Below, piece after piece: positions 11,521 through 23,512 of a stretch of 64,000 bases of DNA (positions are counted from its first letter, which is position 1; each line of letters opens with the position of its first letter). The DNA lies in assembly GCA_001600695.1 (NCBI GenBank), contig BCKQ01000011.1, positions 523,238-587,237 of the forward strand, given 5' to 3'. Origin of the DNA: Ascoidea asiatica JCM 7603 (taxonomy: Eukaryota; Fungi; Ascomycota). Under the pieces are notes generated by a model. That model did no database searches, was not told the DNA's origin, and saw only the letters and a list, made by a program, of their open reading frames with translations. The position numbers were made by a program, and so were the translations under genes.

Positions 11521-13704
11521 ATGGATTCATCTTCAAACGAAAAAAGCTCTTCTCCAATTCACAAATCTGAAGGTCTCTCACAGGTGCCCAGTAGTGATAT
11601 TGAAAATGATACTGATCTTTACTTAGAAAGAGATATTCTTGATCAAGATCTAGAAAGTGATGAAAGTAGTGAAAGTAATGAAAATGGTGTTACTGATGTA
11701 ACAGGTAAATCTTCTAAACCTAGTAAAAATGGTGATAGTAATCAAAGTGGTCAACTTAAACGTGAAATCAATTTATCCGATATCTTGGATAATGATAATG
11801 ACATTGATCTTGATATTGATATAGATAATAAAATAAATAACAAGAAAAGTAAAAAGGCCAATAAAGAAAATGAAGAAGAAGAAGATGATGATGACGATGA
11901 GAATTTAGATAAATATTGTGTGGAATGTACTGATATGCCAATAGAAGTTTATTGTGAAAATTGTGATGAAAAATTTTGTAGAATTTGTTTTAAATTAATT
12001 CATAATTCTGGTAAAAGAGGTAAACATTCAATAAAAGTAATTGGTAATAATAGTGCTTTAGATAATCTAGATAGGGAAAATCAAAATTTCAATCATAATA
12101 ATATTAATAATAATAATAAAAGTAATAATAATAGCAATAATATTGATGATAATTTTGATAAATATACTCAAGAGGAATTAGCCAAATTGGCTGAACCTTT
12201 AAATTTATCCTCAAACCCAAATAATTCTAAGAATAATAATAACAATGATGATATCACTAACTTTTTGTTAAAAAATATTCAGTCTCAATCTCATTATATA
12301 CCCCTAAGATTAAATGAAGAAGAAAGAAGTTTATTTAAATTATTAGATGCTGCTTTAAATGTTTCCGATTATACAAATAAAATTGATATATATTCATATA
12401 CTTCAAAAGCAAAACGAATAGTAGCTCAATTAAAGGAATTATGTTCAATATTATGTGGTTTAGTAATTTCGAAAAATTTTAAAATTGGATCGGAATTAAT
12501 TTTAAATAAAAATTTCAAAGATAATGAATTTTTTTTCAAAAAAATATTTGAAATTGGTAGAAGATATAAAATTATGAACCCAAATAAATTTAATGATAAT
12601 TTTGGTAAGTTATCTTATATTATAATGGATTCAAGATTACCTGATGTTAAAAACTATATGGAATTTGATTTTTACAAACCAATTTTAAATGTATTTGATT
12701 ATTTGAATTCAAAAGATGATAAAAACATTTTGAATATTTTTAATGATTGTTTATTAATTAATGCCATTAGTGAAATTTCTCCAATTGGTAAAACAAGAAA
12801 TCAAATTCAAAAAGATATTCAAATTAAAGAATATTCAATTGAAAAATTATCAAAAAAATACTCAAATTATGATTCAAATTATGGTTTTTCTTCCGATGAA
12901 ATTAAACAAGCTTTATATTCTTTAGCAGATTATCATTCTTATGTTAATTATAATAGAAAACCAATTGAAAGAATGATAAAAAGATTAAAAAGATTTGATT
13001 ATGATAATTCAAATAATAAAAAAACTATTGATCATTATTCTTTGACAATAAGATCTGGTAGAAATGGTTCAAGATTATCTCATAAGCATAATAAACAATA
13101 TGACTATGTTTTACAATCTTTAAATCTTTGGAGTACTATTCAAAAAGAAATGTTTTATCTCTGGAGTTTAGCTGATGATGATTTATTCAATGAAAGTGTC
13201 ATTTATAAATTAGTTCAAACTGGCCAAGGTTTAAATAGAGTTAAGTCTTGTCCAAATGTTTATAGATTAATGTCAAAAATTTTAAACGAAGTTCAAAAAA
13301 AATCTGGTTTTTGGATAGGTTCTTCTTATATTCATCTTGGTGATACAACTGTACCAAATGCTTTATTTTTTTTAGATAAATATTTACAAGTTCCAAAAAT
13401 CATCACTCCAATTGATAATCTTTTAATTAAACTTGAAGATGATTCAAACAAAGAAAGTTTTTATTATGATAAATTTTTGAAAGAAATGATTCAAAAAGAA
13501 TATAATAGCTTTGATGAATTGGTTTTACATATAACTTCAGGTTTTTTCACTGAGGCATTCAATGGTAGTGGTGGGGAAGATTGGTTTAATGCTGGTAGTT
13601 GTATAGACGGTAGATTAACAAGTACATGGGAATGGGCTAACAGTATTCATAAGAAAGATTACTATAAGTTCTTCTTATTAGCGGGATTTAATGGCTTTAA
13701 TTAA
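11521..13704 (+). CDS. UPF0652/DUF2009 protein with N-terminal B-box zinc finger
   Basis: CVEC..CENC..FCRIC..IH..GKR.KH B-box; YIPLRL..EER, IHLGD..VPNAL.FLDKY, AGSCIDGRLTS.W. Confidence 0.85.
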   Translation: MDSSSNEKSSSPIHKSEGLSQVPSSDIENDTDLYLERDILDQDLESDESSESNENGVTDVTGKSSKPSKNGDSNQSGQLKREINLSDILDNDNDIDLDIDIDNKINNKKSKKANKENEEEEDDDDDENLDKYCVECTDMPIEVYCENCDEKFCRICFKLIHNSGKRGKHSIKVIGNNSALDNLDRENQNFNHNNINNNNKSNNNSNNIDDNFDKYTQEELAKLAEPLNLSSNPNNSKNNNNNDDITNFLLKNIQSQSHYIPLRLNEEERSLFKLLDAALNVSDYTNKIDIYSYTSKAKRIVAQLKELCSILCGLVISKNFKIGSELILNKNFKDNEFFFKKIFEIGRRYKIMNPNKFNDNFGKLSYIIMDSRLPDVKNYMEFDFYKPILNVFDYLNSKDDKNILNIFNDCLLINAISEISPIGKTRNQIQKDIQIKEYSIEKLSKKYSNYDSNYGFSSDEIKQALYSLADYHSYVNYNRKPIERMIKRLKRFDYDNSNNKKTIDHYSLTIRSGRNGSRLSHKHNKQYDYVLQSLNLWSTIQKEMFYLWSLADDDLFNESVIYKLVQTGQGLNRVKSCPNVYRLMSKILNEVQKKSGFWIGSSYIHLGDTTVPNALFFLDKYLQVPKIITPIDNLLIKLEDDSNKESFYYDKFLKEMIQKEYNSFDELVLHITSGFFTEAFNGSGGEDWFNAGSCIDGRLTSTWEWANSIHKKDYYKFFLLAGFNGFN

Positions 13705-14026
13705 TTGAGCTATTTTCCATAATTTTCAAACCTTCTGGTTTTCTTTTCTCTTTTTTGCTTTATTTTTGATATAAAATTAACTTATCTCTTTTTCTTTTTT
13801 TTTTACTTGGCTTTATAAATTGTTTTTTTTTTCATGCTTGTCAATTTCTATCAGTGCTGTTCGGAGTTTAAATAGAAGAGTTAACTTCAAATGATAGCTT
13901 GATGATTTAATTCCATTATAATATATAATTATAACATACTATAACTTTTAAAAAAAAGAAAAAAAAGTATTAAAAACAAAAAAAAAGCAATATCTAATAA
14001 ATTTTATTTTTTTTAATATAATCACT

Positions 14027-15121
14027 TTATTGACTACCAATTCTATGACATTCTTTCAAAAACCAATCGATATTCTCAGGTAACATAAATGGGTGAGTGC
14101 CATGCCCAAAATTAATAATATAGTTTGATTTACCTCCGCCAAAACCTTTAATCATTTTCTCCACTTTTTGAGTAATCATTTCTTTTGAACCATACATTAC
14201 TCCAGGGTCAATATTGCCTTGTAATGTTACTCTTTTTTGATTAACTTTAACAGCATCTTCAGGTAAATAAGTCCAATCCAAAGAAACGCAATTAAAACCA
14301 ATTGAACATAAATCGTCTAAAGCATACCAAGCACCTTTTGCAAAAATTGTTATAGGAATTTCATTTTCTTTGAAGCCTAATTGTTGTAATTTTATTGGTA
14401 AATCTTTAGCAATTTGCTTTAAATAAGGTAAAGAAAATTCATTGAATTCATTTGGGCCTAATTCTCCAGCCCAAGATTCAAAAACTTGTAACATTTGTGC
14501 ACCAGCTTTAACTTGTAAAGCCAAAAAATTAATCAAAATTTTAGTGATATTAGTTAAAAGAATATGGGACTCTTTTGGATATTTATAGATCCATTCTTTT
14601 GCGAATCTAAAAATTTTTGAACCTCCCCCTTCAACCATGTAAACTAATAAAGTCCATGGACCACCAGTAAAGCCCAATAATGGAACCCTCCCATTTAATT
14701 TATGTCTTGTTAAAGTTATTGATTTGAATGCCCACCCTAATGATTCATTTAAATCTGGATCCATATTCAATTTAGATAAATCATGAGGAACTCTCAATGG
14801 ATCTGTAAAATTTGGACCTTTTCCAGGTAGCATTTCAACATTCATACCCATAGCTTGTGGTACGACTAAAATATCACTGAATATAATGGCAGCATCAATC
14901 AACCCCTTAAAATGATCTATTGGCTGAATTGTTATAGTTGAAGCTATTTCTGGGTCTCTACAAGTTTCAAAAAAGTCTTTACCATCTTTAACAACGTGAT
15001 ATTCTGGTAAATATCTTCCAGCTTGTCTCATTATCCACATTGGAGGTCTTTCTACCTTTTCACCTCTTGCAGCCCTGAGAATCAAATCATTCTTTAAAGG
15101 TGGAAATTCTTTTGTGCTCAT
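14027..15121 (-). CDS. HEM12: Uroporphyrinogen decarboxylase
   Basis: [36 protein letters not shown]. Confidence 0.98.
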   Translation of the reverse strand: MSTKEFPPLKNDLILRAARGEKVERPPMWIMRQAGRYLPEYHVVKDGKDFFETCRDPEIASTITIQPIDHFKGLIDAAIIFSDILVVPQAMGMNVEMLPGKGPNFTDPLRVPHDLSKLNMDPDLNESLGWAFKSITLTRHKLNGRVPLLGFTGGPWTLLVYMVEGGGSKIFRFAKEWIYKYPKESHILLTNITKILINFLALQVKAGAQMLQVFESWAGELGPNEFNEFSLPYLKQIAKDLPIKLQQLGFKENEIPITIFAKGAWYALDDLCSIGFNCVSLDWTYLPEDAVKVNQKRVTLQGNIDPGVMYGSKEMITQKVEKMIKGFGGGKSNYIINFGHGTHPFMLPENIDWFLKECHRIGSQ

Positions 15122-15527
15122 TATTAGTTATATTTGTATAATTGTTGTTGGTACTAGTTTTCTTTGTAAATATATGACTACTGGGTAAATGTTCAGTAAT
15201 TATCGATAAATTGTAGAGTAATTATAGAGTAATTTATGCTCTTCGTTTACTTCAATCCTTTGATTTCTCTTCATCTTTTTCACCTTCTTTTACTTCCGAT
15301 TACTGCTCCAGCCAATGAGAACGCGGAATTCGGGTTTTCTGCCTAAAGATGTGTCTTTTAAGCATATTTTATTTGTTTTCTTTATTGATAAATTATTGAA
15401 CATTTTTGATTTAAAATTATTGATTATTGTATATTAATTATATAATATTGTTTGAATAAAAGCACGTAAAAATAAGTGAAATAAAAACAGAAGAAATCTT
15501 TATAATAATAACTAACGAATTAATGTA

Positions 15528-16988
15528 TCATGTCATAAACTTTTCATAAACTGGTAATGAATTGATTTTAAATATTTCAGCATCTTTCATGACAAAACTT
15601 ATATTTCTCAAAGCCTTGAAGTTTATTCTAGGATCTTCATCAATTGCAATTATATCAGCAGCAAAACCTTCTTGAATTGATCCGAACTTTCTACCGATTA
15701 ATTCTCCTCCACAAGACTCCCAACCTCTATAAGTTCCAGATAATAAAACCTCTTCAACAGGAATTCCAGCTTCAATCATCAATTCCATTTCTCTCACATT
15801 TTCACCATGAGGAAAGGTTCCAGTGTCACCACCACATGCTAATCTTATACCCATATCATATGCTTTTTTAGTTTTTTCTAAAATTATATTCATTTTTGGA
15901 CCAAAAAATAATTCACATACAGCCAAAGTTGGTACTAATATACAATTAATTTTTTTAATTGCCTTTAAACAAATTTCATCAGCCCAATATGCATGTTCGA
16001 TAGTTAAAACACCAGCATTTGCAGCCATTATTGCACTTTCATTACAACCACAATGAGCGGCAACAATTGTTTTATTTCTATTTGCTTCATCTACTAGAGC
16101 ATTCATTTCTTCTTGAGAATATAAAATAATTTCAGGATTTGGAATTGGAGGAGGAAATTTAATTGAACCAATATATGGATGTTGTTGCTTTGGAGGATAT
16201 CTCATAATTTTTTTTCTATAATCAGCATACATTTTAATAATATCAGCACCAGCACCAACTCTTTTTCTTACAGCTTTTCTTACCCCTTCAATACCATCAC
16301 AAGGTTCATAAGTTTCAGGCATTATTGAGCCTCCAACTGAATTTTCTGTTCTTAAATCAAAAGCAGAAGTTGAGGCTAAAATCTTTGTTGCTACATATAA
16401 TCTTGGACCTGGAATTAAACCTCTATTAATTGCATCTCTTACATTGGTATCAGCATCTTGCATACCTTCAGTTCCTAAATCTCTATAAGTTGTATAACCA
16501 GAAAGTAAAGCTGTCCTACAATGATTAACGGCTCTTATTATTCTTTCTGCAAAAGATTCATCTCTTTTTTGTTCAACACTTGATCTTTCTTTATAAGCAT
16601 GCAAAAAAATATGAGCATGAGCATCAACTAAACCAGGTAATACGAATTTACCTCTTAAATCGATATCATTTTTTTTCAAAATCAATTTATCTTTGTCATT
16701 TGAATCTGGACCTAGACCCGAGTTTGGTTCTCTTTTGAAAACTTGTAATATTAAACCAGACAGAGGATCGACAAGAATAGATATATTTTTCTTGAATGTC
16801 TTTGAAATTGGATCAAATAAATTTGAAGTATGAACAAAATATGGTGGTTCTGGTGGAACTACTGGTTTTCCAGCGTAAGTTAAAGAGATATCAGCTTGAA
16901 CACCAGAAGGAGTATTTCCAGGAATAGAACTATCTTTGTTTTCTTCTTTATCTTCTAAATTCAATCCATGAAGATAATCACAACCCAT
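15528..16988 (-). CDS. Metal-dependent amidohydrolase (prolidase-like/ochratoxinase-like subgroup)
   Basis: LPGLVDAHAH (HxH), GYTTYRDLG, GADIIKMY, VAAHC, TIEHA, GGDTG, G.I..GFAADIIA. Confidence 0.9.
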   Translation of the reverse strand: MGCDYLHGLNLEDKEENKDSSIPGNTPSGVQADISLTYAGKPVVPPEPPYFVHTSNLFDPISKTFKKNISILVDPLSGLILQVFKREPNSGLGPDSNDKDKLILKKNDIDLRGKFVLPGLVDAHAHIFLHAYKERSSVEQKRDESFAERIIRAVNHCRTALLSGYTTYRDLGTEGMQDADTNVRDAINRGLIPGPRLYVATKILASTSAFDLRTENSVGGSIMPETYEPCDGIEGVRKAVRKRVGAGADIIKMYADYRKKIMRYPPKQQHPYIGSIKFPPPIPNPEIILYSQEEMNALVDEANRNKTIVAAHCGCNESAIMAANAGVLTIEHAYWADEICLKAIKKINCILVPTLAVCELFFGPKMNIILEKTKKAYDMGIRLACGGDTGTFPHGENVREMELMIEAGIPVEEVLLSGTYRGWESCGGELIGRKFGSIQEGFAADIIAIDEDPRINFKALRNISFVMKDAEIFKINSLPVYEKFMT

Positions 16989-17543
16989 TTCGAAAAAAGA
17001 AAGGAATAATTAAAAATTAATTGAGTAATCGACTAAAAATATAGAGTCAAAGAGTTGTCTCAGAAATACTTTACCATTAATCGCAATAGTTTTGAATAGA
17101 ACTATCAGTGATTAAAAGGAAGAGAAAATGAAAATAAAACCTCTTTCGTTTTTTCCTTCTAGCACATATTCTTCTTTATTTTATTTATTTATTCGATTCT
17201 TTTCTCTTTCTTATGATCTTCTTCGTTCTTCTTTGAGGATTATTACGTACTATTTCTGATCTGGTTTTATTTTCTTTCTGGGTTCTTTCTTCTTTTATTG
17301 AGGCCTACAGCAGAAATGCGATAACTTTCTGTTCTGTGTCGGGTCCGATGACCAATCAGTGCTTCCGACGGGCTTATTGCCTTCCGAGCATAGAAAGAAA
17401 GTGAAAACCTCCAGCTGTAAAGGAATAAATAAAGCATTAAATAAAATAAATCAAATAAAGGATTAATCAAATTAAATAAAAGATATGGTAATAGATACGA
17501 TTTGAATTATACGGTCTATATAATTGTATAAAGATTATGATGA

Positions 17544-18647
17544 TCATAATTTGGACTTGTTAAGGGCGACATTGGGAGTGAGAACTCTTTCGAACTCAAT
17601 TTTATCCACCAATTTAGCTATTTGTTCTGCAGCTCCATATGAGAATGTGTATCCAACACCACTAAATCCATAACAATGTAAAATGTTTTTATCATTTGCA
17701 ATATTATCTTCTCTTTCCAATCTTATTCCACCTTTTCTACTTGGTCTGATTCCAACAACATATCCAAGGATATCTGGATTTTTAGAAACAACATCCGGAG
17801 CTAATTTATTGGCTCTTCTTAATTCATCTTTAATTATATCTAAATCTGGTTTTGGATCTGTATTCCAAGGTTGATGAATTCCTCCACAAATAACATATCC
17901 TTGTAAAGGTCTAGGAATGATATATGTATATTCTTTACCATATCTATAATATAATACGTCTGTTTTAGTTTTAACTTTAACTGTCATTCCTCTATCTGGA
18001 TAACAATTTTTATCCATTATACCATCAATATTCATCGATCCAACTCCAGAAGCATTGATAAAAATTTTTGAATTTGAAAACATTGAATATAATTCTTTTA
18101 AGGATTTGATTTCTTTTCTAATAAATTCACCACCTAGTTTTAAAATTTGATTTTTCATATATAGTAAATAATATGTTGGATCAATAACTAAATCTTCATA
18201 TTCACAAACATATTCAATTTCATCTCCATGTTCTTTACCTTTAATTAAATTTTTAAAATTTTTATTAACATTTGTAAACCAAAATTCTCTTTTTTCTCTT
18301 GAAAAATTTGGTGGAGTTTTTTCATAATGTTCTCTTAATGTAACTTTACAAACTCCTGAAGTTTGAGGATTTTCTTCAAAATCTTTTAAATATCTTCTAT
18401 ATGTAACGGATTCCATATATTTCTCATAATCACTTCTACCTCTAGCTCCATACCACATTGCACCTGCAAAATTCGATGCATACCAAATATCTACATCTCC
18501 TGGTAAATGTTTAGCAATAATTTTTACTTTAAAACCTTTCTCTAATAAGACTCTTGCAATTGTTAATCCAATAATTCCAGCTCCAAGAACAATAATTTCC
18601 TGCTCATAGAATGTTTTTTCATTCAAAGGTTCGATATATCCTCCCAT
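17544..18647 (-). CDS. D-amino-acid oxidase family flavoprotein, peroxisomal
   Basis: GAGIIG FAD motif, INASG, YIIPR, VGIRPSR, HCYGFSGVGY, C-terminal SKL (PTS1). Confidence 0.92.
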   Translation of the reverse strand: MGGYIEPLNEKTFYEQEIIVLGAGIIGLTIARVLLEKGFKVKIIAKHLPGDVDIWYASNFAGAMWYGARGRSDYEKYMESVTYRRYLKDFEENPQTSGVCKVTLREHYEKTPPNFSREKREFWFTNVNKNFKNLIKGKEHGDEIEYVCEYEDLVIDPTYYLLYMKNQILKLGGEFIRKEIKSLKELYSMFSNSKIFINASGVGSMNIDGIMDKNCYPDRGMTVKVKTKTDVLYYRYGKEYTYIIPRPLQGYVICGGIHQPWNTDPKPDLDIIKDELRRANKLAPDVVSKNPDILGYVVGIRPSRKGGIRLEREDNIANDKNILHCYGFSGVGYTFSYGAAEQIAKLVDKIEFERVLTPNVALNKSKL

Positions 18648-18999
18648 TTTTAGTTAATTTATTGCTTTGGTGTTTTTTTAGTGTACTGTTATATAAATAA
18701 ACAATTTTTATTGTGTATGTTTTTCGGATGAATATTTTTTACTTAAAATTGACTAAAATTCTTATTTATTTATAAGAACCCATATGAAATTCATAAATTC
18801 GTTTCATAAATCGTATGTTTTTACCTATTTTTTTTTTTCCCGAAGTATTCGATCAAAACTTTATAAATTTTCTATTTTATTTATTTATTGGTTAATTTTT
18901 TAACCATTGAATTATCTAATTATCTAAAAATTAACCTATTTATGATTATAATTATAATTATACTCTCCATGATTTAAGTATTTTACTGCTTTTAGCTCA

Positions 19000-19049
19000 G
19001 GGGTGGTTATTACCGCAGTCTCGGTTCGAACTGCGGGCTTCTCCACCCC
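19000..19049. promoter_or_regulatory. GC-rich dyad in the divergent DAO/peptidase promoter
   Basis: GGGGTGG-N6-CCGCAGT-N10-ACTGCGG-N6-CCACCCC, symmetric arms and spacing. Confidence 0.5.
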
Positions 19050-19197
19050 CGTTAATTTTGGGAGCATAGGTCAAAACCTCGAAACAGTGAAAATGCTTGG
19101 AAAATGAGCAAAACTGTGCAAATTTACGTTTTCACTAACGATAACTTAAATCTCATAGTGTTTTTGAACCCTTATCAAATCCAGAGAGAGTCAAAAG

Positions 19198-19221
19198 GAT
19201 AAAGATAAAGATAAAGATAGA
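19198..19221 (+). promoter_or_regulatory. Tandem GATA-type sites (GATAAA)3-GATAGA
   Basis: Direct repeats ~180 bp upstream of the peptidase ATG; GATAA cores are typical of nitrogen-regulated fungal promoters. Confidence 0.4.
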
Positions 19222-19395
19222 CATCAATATAATCATAAACATAAAAATAATTTTGAACATGATTAAAAGAATTCGAATGAGAAGAATGAATAAAATGAAA
19301 CGAATTGCTTTCTTTAAATCTCCTATTTATTTATTTACATATTTTATTGATTTTATGGTGTGATTCATATAATTAATTATTTCTCAATTTAAAAA

Positions 19396-20997
19396 ATGTT
19401 TTATTCATCAAAAATACTTTTGGTTATTTTACTTTTCATTCAAATCGGAATATTCAAATTAGTTCTATCAGATCAAATTCCATTAAAATTAGATGAAGAA
19501 AGTAAACCATCACTTGAATCCAATTTATTTCAAAATTCTATTGATATTGACTCGCTAATAGATCATGCTGAAGTTTTATATCAATGTTCTAAAGAATCAA
19601 TTGAAGAATATGGTCATATGAATAGATTAGTTGGTTCAAAGGGGTTTGACTGTACTTTAAACTATTTAATAGAGAAATTTCAAAATGTGAATCAAATTTA
19701 TCCTAATTTTTATAATATTTCAACTCAAGATTTTGAAACTGTTTCTGGAAATATATTTGATTATAAATTAACTTTATTTGATGATATTGATAATAATGGT
19801 AAAGAAATTCAAAATGTTATTCCTTTTTTTCAAACTCCTCCAACCCCAAATAATGGATCTTCAATTAAGAGAAAATTAATTTATGTTGAAAACAATGGTT
19901 GTTCAATGAATGATTATCCAAAAGAATCAAAAGATAATATAGTTATTTTTCAACATGGTTTAGGTTGTTTTTTCGGTGATAAAGCAAATAATGCTGGTAA
20001 AGCTGGTGCTTTAGCTGCAATAATTTATAATAAAGATAAGGGTGAAATGCATAGACCTTTAGGTCCTCCAAGAGAATTTACAGTTCCAACTTTCTCAATT
20101 TTAAAAGAAACTGGTGAAAATATTGTTAGTAAAATTATCAAAGGACAAGATTTATACATTGAAGCAAAATTAAATTCTACAATATTCAATGTTAAAACAA
20201 CTAATTTAATTATAAACTCAAATTTTGGTGATCAAGACAATTGTTTGCTTCTTGGTGCTCATACAGATTCTGTTATTGATGGTCCTGGTATTAATGATGA
20301 TGGTAGTGGATTGATTTCTTTATTACAATTAGCTTTGAATTTGCCAAAGTTCAAATTCAATAATTGTGTAAGGTTTATGTTTTGGTCTGCAGAAGAAGAA
20401 GGTATGATTGGTTCTCAATATTACATCAATAATTTGAATTATAATGAATTAAGAAAAATTAGATTATACTTGAATTTTGACATGATTGCATCTCCGAATT
20501 ATATTTTCCAAATTTTTGATGGTGAACCAATAATAACTGAAATTTTCAAGAAGTTTTATGATTCATTAAATTTAAATTATCAAATCATACCATTTGACAT
20601 GAGATCTGATTATGTTGGTTTTCTTAAGAAAAATATACCATGTGGGGGGATTGCTACTGGTAGTGAAGCTTTAAAAAATAAAGAAGAGTTTGATAAATTT
20701 AATGGTTCAATTGGTGAATGTTTTGATAGTTGTTATCATCAAATTTGTGATGATGTCTCAAATTTGAACAAAATTGCTTGGCTAACAAATACAAAACTTA
20801 TTGCTCATTCAATTTCAACTTTTGCAAATGAATTTGATATAAATTTACCAATTTATGAAGACTGGCTTGACAAACTTTATAATTATACATTAATAATTTT
20901 CCCAATTTTTTCAATATTTATGCTTTGGTCAATAAATAAATTGATAAATACCTCAGCTGAAAACGATGAAAATGTAGGTGGAAAAAAAGATAAATAA
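19396..20997 (+). CDS. M28 aminopeptidase Y-like (PA domain) with signal peptide and C-terminal hydrophobic anchor
   Basis: GAHTDSV, GINDDGSG, AEEEG, NFDMIASPN, CYH metal/catalytic motifs; Ape3-like; tail TLIIFPIFSIFMLW...KKDK. Confidence 0.9.
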   Translation: MFYSSKILLVILLFIQIGIFKLVLSDQIPLKLDEESKPSLESNLFQNSIDIDSLIDHAEVLYQCSKESIEEYGHMNRLVGSKGFDCTLNYLIEKFQNVNQIYPNFYNISTQDFETVSGNIFDYKLTLFDDIDNNGKEIQNVIPFFQTPPTPNNGSSIKRKLIYVENNGCSMNDYPKESKDNIVIFQHGLGCFFGDKANNAGKAGALAAIIYNKDKGEMHRPLGPPREFTVPTFSILKETGENIVSKIIKGQDLYIEAKLNSTIFNVKTTNLIINSNFGDQDNCLLLGAHTDSVIDGPGINDDGSGLISLLQLALNLPKFKFNNCVRFMFWSAEEEGMIGSQYYINNLNYNELRKIRLYLNFDMIASPNYIFQIFDGEPIITEIFKKFYDSLNLNYQIIPFDMRSDYVGFLKKNIPCGGIATGSEALKNKEEFDKFNGSIGECFDSCYHQICDDVSNLNKIAWLTNTKLIAHSISTFANEFDINLPIYEDWLDKLYNYTLIIFPIFSIFMLWSINKLINTSAENDENVGGKKDK

Positions 20998-21127
20998 ATA
21001 AAAAATAAATACTTTTTCAAATATAGAAAATTGATTACTTAATTAAGAATATAAAGATTTCATTTTATTTTATTTTATATTATATTATATATTTATATAT
21101 TATATAAAAAGTAATATTGATAATAGT

Positions 21128-22732
21128 TTATGGCTTATACGATTCTCTTTCTATTGCAACATTTTTAATTAAAAATTCCTCATTTCTTGGAATGAAAAAA
21201 CAATTAAATTCATTAGGAGGTCTATTATGATTACCATGAGAATAACCAAATTCAATAGGATCTAAATTCATTGGATTTGATTCATCTTTTTCAATTTTAA
21301 AGTTGATTAAAATTCTAATAAGCATAACATATAAAATATGATTGGAAATTAAAAAAGCAGGGCAAATTCTTGCACCAATACCGTAAGAAGCATGAGGAGC
21401 ACCATTAACAGTTTTTAAATTGGGATCTAACCATCTCTCTGGACGGAAATTTGAACCATCAATCCAATATTCATCATCATGATTAAAAGCTTCAGAATTT
21501 AAATAAAAAGTAGTACCTTTTGGTATGGTTGCATTATCAATAATTATATCTCTTAAGGAACAATGAGGATTTGCATAAGGAGCAACAGTAAAATATCTTA
21601 AACTTTCTTTATATAAAGCAACAATATATGGAATATTTTCTTGTGGATCAAAACAATCATTCCAAGCTTTGTTTAAATCATTATTATAATATTTTAAGAT
21701 TTCATTATAAGCGGTCTGTTGAATTTTTTGACCCTTTTCAGAAGCTAAATAACCTAAAGCAGCAGATAAAGTTGAACTTATAGTTTCTGAACCTCCTTGT
21801 AACATACCCCTACAAACAGCATCTAATTCTTCTTGATTTAGTTTTGTTTCTTTATTAGACATTAAAGTCGAAGCAATACAATTTTTTTCAATACCATTAT
21901 CTAGATCATTTTTTAGATTTAAAAATAATTTATTTTGTAGATCTTTTCTTTTTTGATTAGAAATTTGAGCTTTATGAATATTTGATTTTACAATTGGGGA
22001 AAGTTTTAAAATCGGTATAAAATTAGCCCAATTTGAAGTTGCGTTTCTTAATTTTGAGACATTTTCAGTTTGAGTTATAAATTCTTTATAAAAAGGATCA
22101 CTTGTTGATTTAAATCTAGTACCATATGTAATATTAAAGGAAAAGTTCATTGTAACTTGTTGTATAAAAGAAATTGGAAATAAAGATTTTTTACCAATCT
22201 CACCATTTTCATAAAAATTAGAAATTAAATTTGCAGTTTCATAATGTAAATAATAATCATGATTTTTCCAAGTTGGTTTACCAACAGATTTTATTGAAGC
22301 AATTCTCATTCTTCTCAAAGAATCACTCATTGGTCTATTACCAACATCAATACCAAAACTTTCATTAAATACAGGATGAACAGGTCTTGAAGATAAAGCA
22401 GCAGTATTGATACCATTTGATAATTTTGCAATTGATTTAACAGAATTTGCAACTACAACTCTTTGATTTCCTAAACGTATTTGAAAAATTGGATAATTAT
22501 ATTTTTTTGACCATTCAGTAAAAATTGTTGCATCATGTTTATTAAATTTTCCTCCTAGATAAGGTAAATGACCAACAATTAATTTTGAACCTGGAATTTG
22601 TGGTAAATTTTTAATTTTACTTTGACAAGAGTTTAGTTGAATAAAACCTAAAATAAATATTGTTAATACTAATATAGCAATTGTAGTTGGATTTAAATTT
22701 GACAAGAATTGGTTAAGTATTGGTTCGATCAT
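21128..22732 (-). CDS. Cytochrome P450, divergent CYP504-related
   Basis: N-terminal TM, QIRLGNQRVVVANS, LSSRP, GGSET, ESLR, PERW, YGIGARICPA. Confidence 0.88.
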   Translation of the reverse strand: MIEPILNQFLSNLNPTTIAILVLTIFILGFIQLNSCQSKIKNLPQIPGSKLIVGHLPYLGGKFNKHDATIFTEWSKKYNYPIFQIRLGNQRVVVANSVKSIAKLSNGINTAALSSRPVHPVFNESFGIDVGNRPMSDSLRRMRIASIKSVGKPTWKNHDYYLHYETANLISNFYENGEIGKKSLFPISFIQQVTMNFSFNITYGTRFKSTSDPFYKEFITQTENVSKLRNATSNWANFIPILKLSPIVKSNIHKAQISNQKRKDLQNKLFLNLKNDLDNGIEKNCIASTLMSNKETKLNQEELDAVCRGMLQGGSETISSTLSAALGYLASEKGQKIQQTAYNEILKYYNNDLNKAWNDCFDPQENIPYIVALYKESLRYFTVAPYANPHCSLRDIIIDNATIPKGTTFYLNSEAFNHDDEYWIDGSNFRPERWLDPNLKTVNGAPHASYGIGARICPAFLISNHILYVMLIRILINFKIEKDESNPMNLDPIEFGYSHGNHNRPPNEFNCFFIPRNEEFLIKNVAIERESYKP

Positions 22733-23512
22733 TTTGAAAGAAAAATAAAAATGAATCTAGAGTATTTGTTATATTCACTATATTTTTTTACCTATTTTTC
22801 TATCTATTTTTCTATAGATTCGTTTTACTCCTGATTATTAGAGAAAAATATTATCTAGAACCTCAAGTATTAAAATACAGTAAATGGTGGAAAACTTTAT
22901 ATTTATATATCATATGAAGGATAATTATCTTGTAAAGTAATATATTATCGGGTCTTTTTAATAAATAATTTTAATCTTTTTTTCAGAATCTAGTCATTTT
23001 AGAATATGACCTCAGATTAACTGAAATATAGTTTTTGAGAATAATTGAACTTTTAAAAGTGATTTATTCGTAATTTCAAGTCGATAATTGGCGATGAGCA
23101 AATGAAGTAGCTAAAAAAGAATATATCAGCTACCAAGCTACAAAATACACCTTTTCTCGTTTGGAGCTTCGAGCAGCGAAAGTCTTGGGAAGTGAAGCAC
23201 GCAAAACTCCATCTAATACAGCGCGGAGCAAGGAATCCAGCGCCGGCAACGACCGTTGAACCTTAATTGGCAGAAGATTAAATTTAATCAACGCGACATG
23301 AGATTAGCTTTAATTAATGGAAGTTAAATTGGATTAATTGATTAAGAATTAATTGAAATAAATTAATTGAAAAAAAATATTCAATTAAACTTTATTAGAG
23401 AAACCATTTAAGAAGAGATTCAATTCCGGATTCTTATTCAGAGTACAAAAAGATTGCTGAGAGGTTTACAAACTATTATAAGAACTAATAAGAACTACTA
23501 TAATATTAAAGA

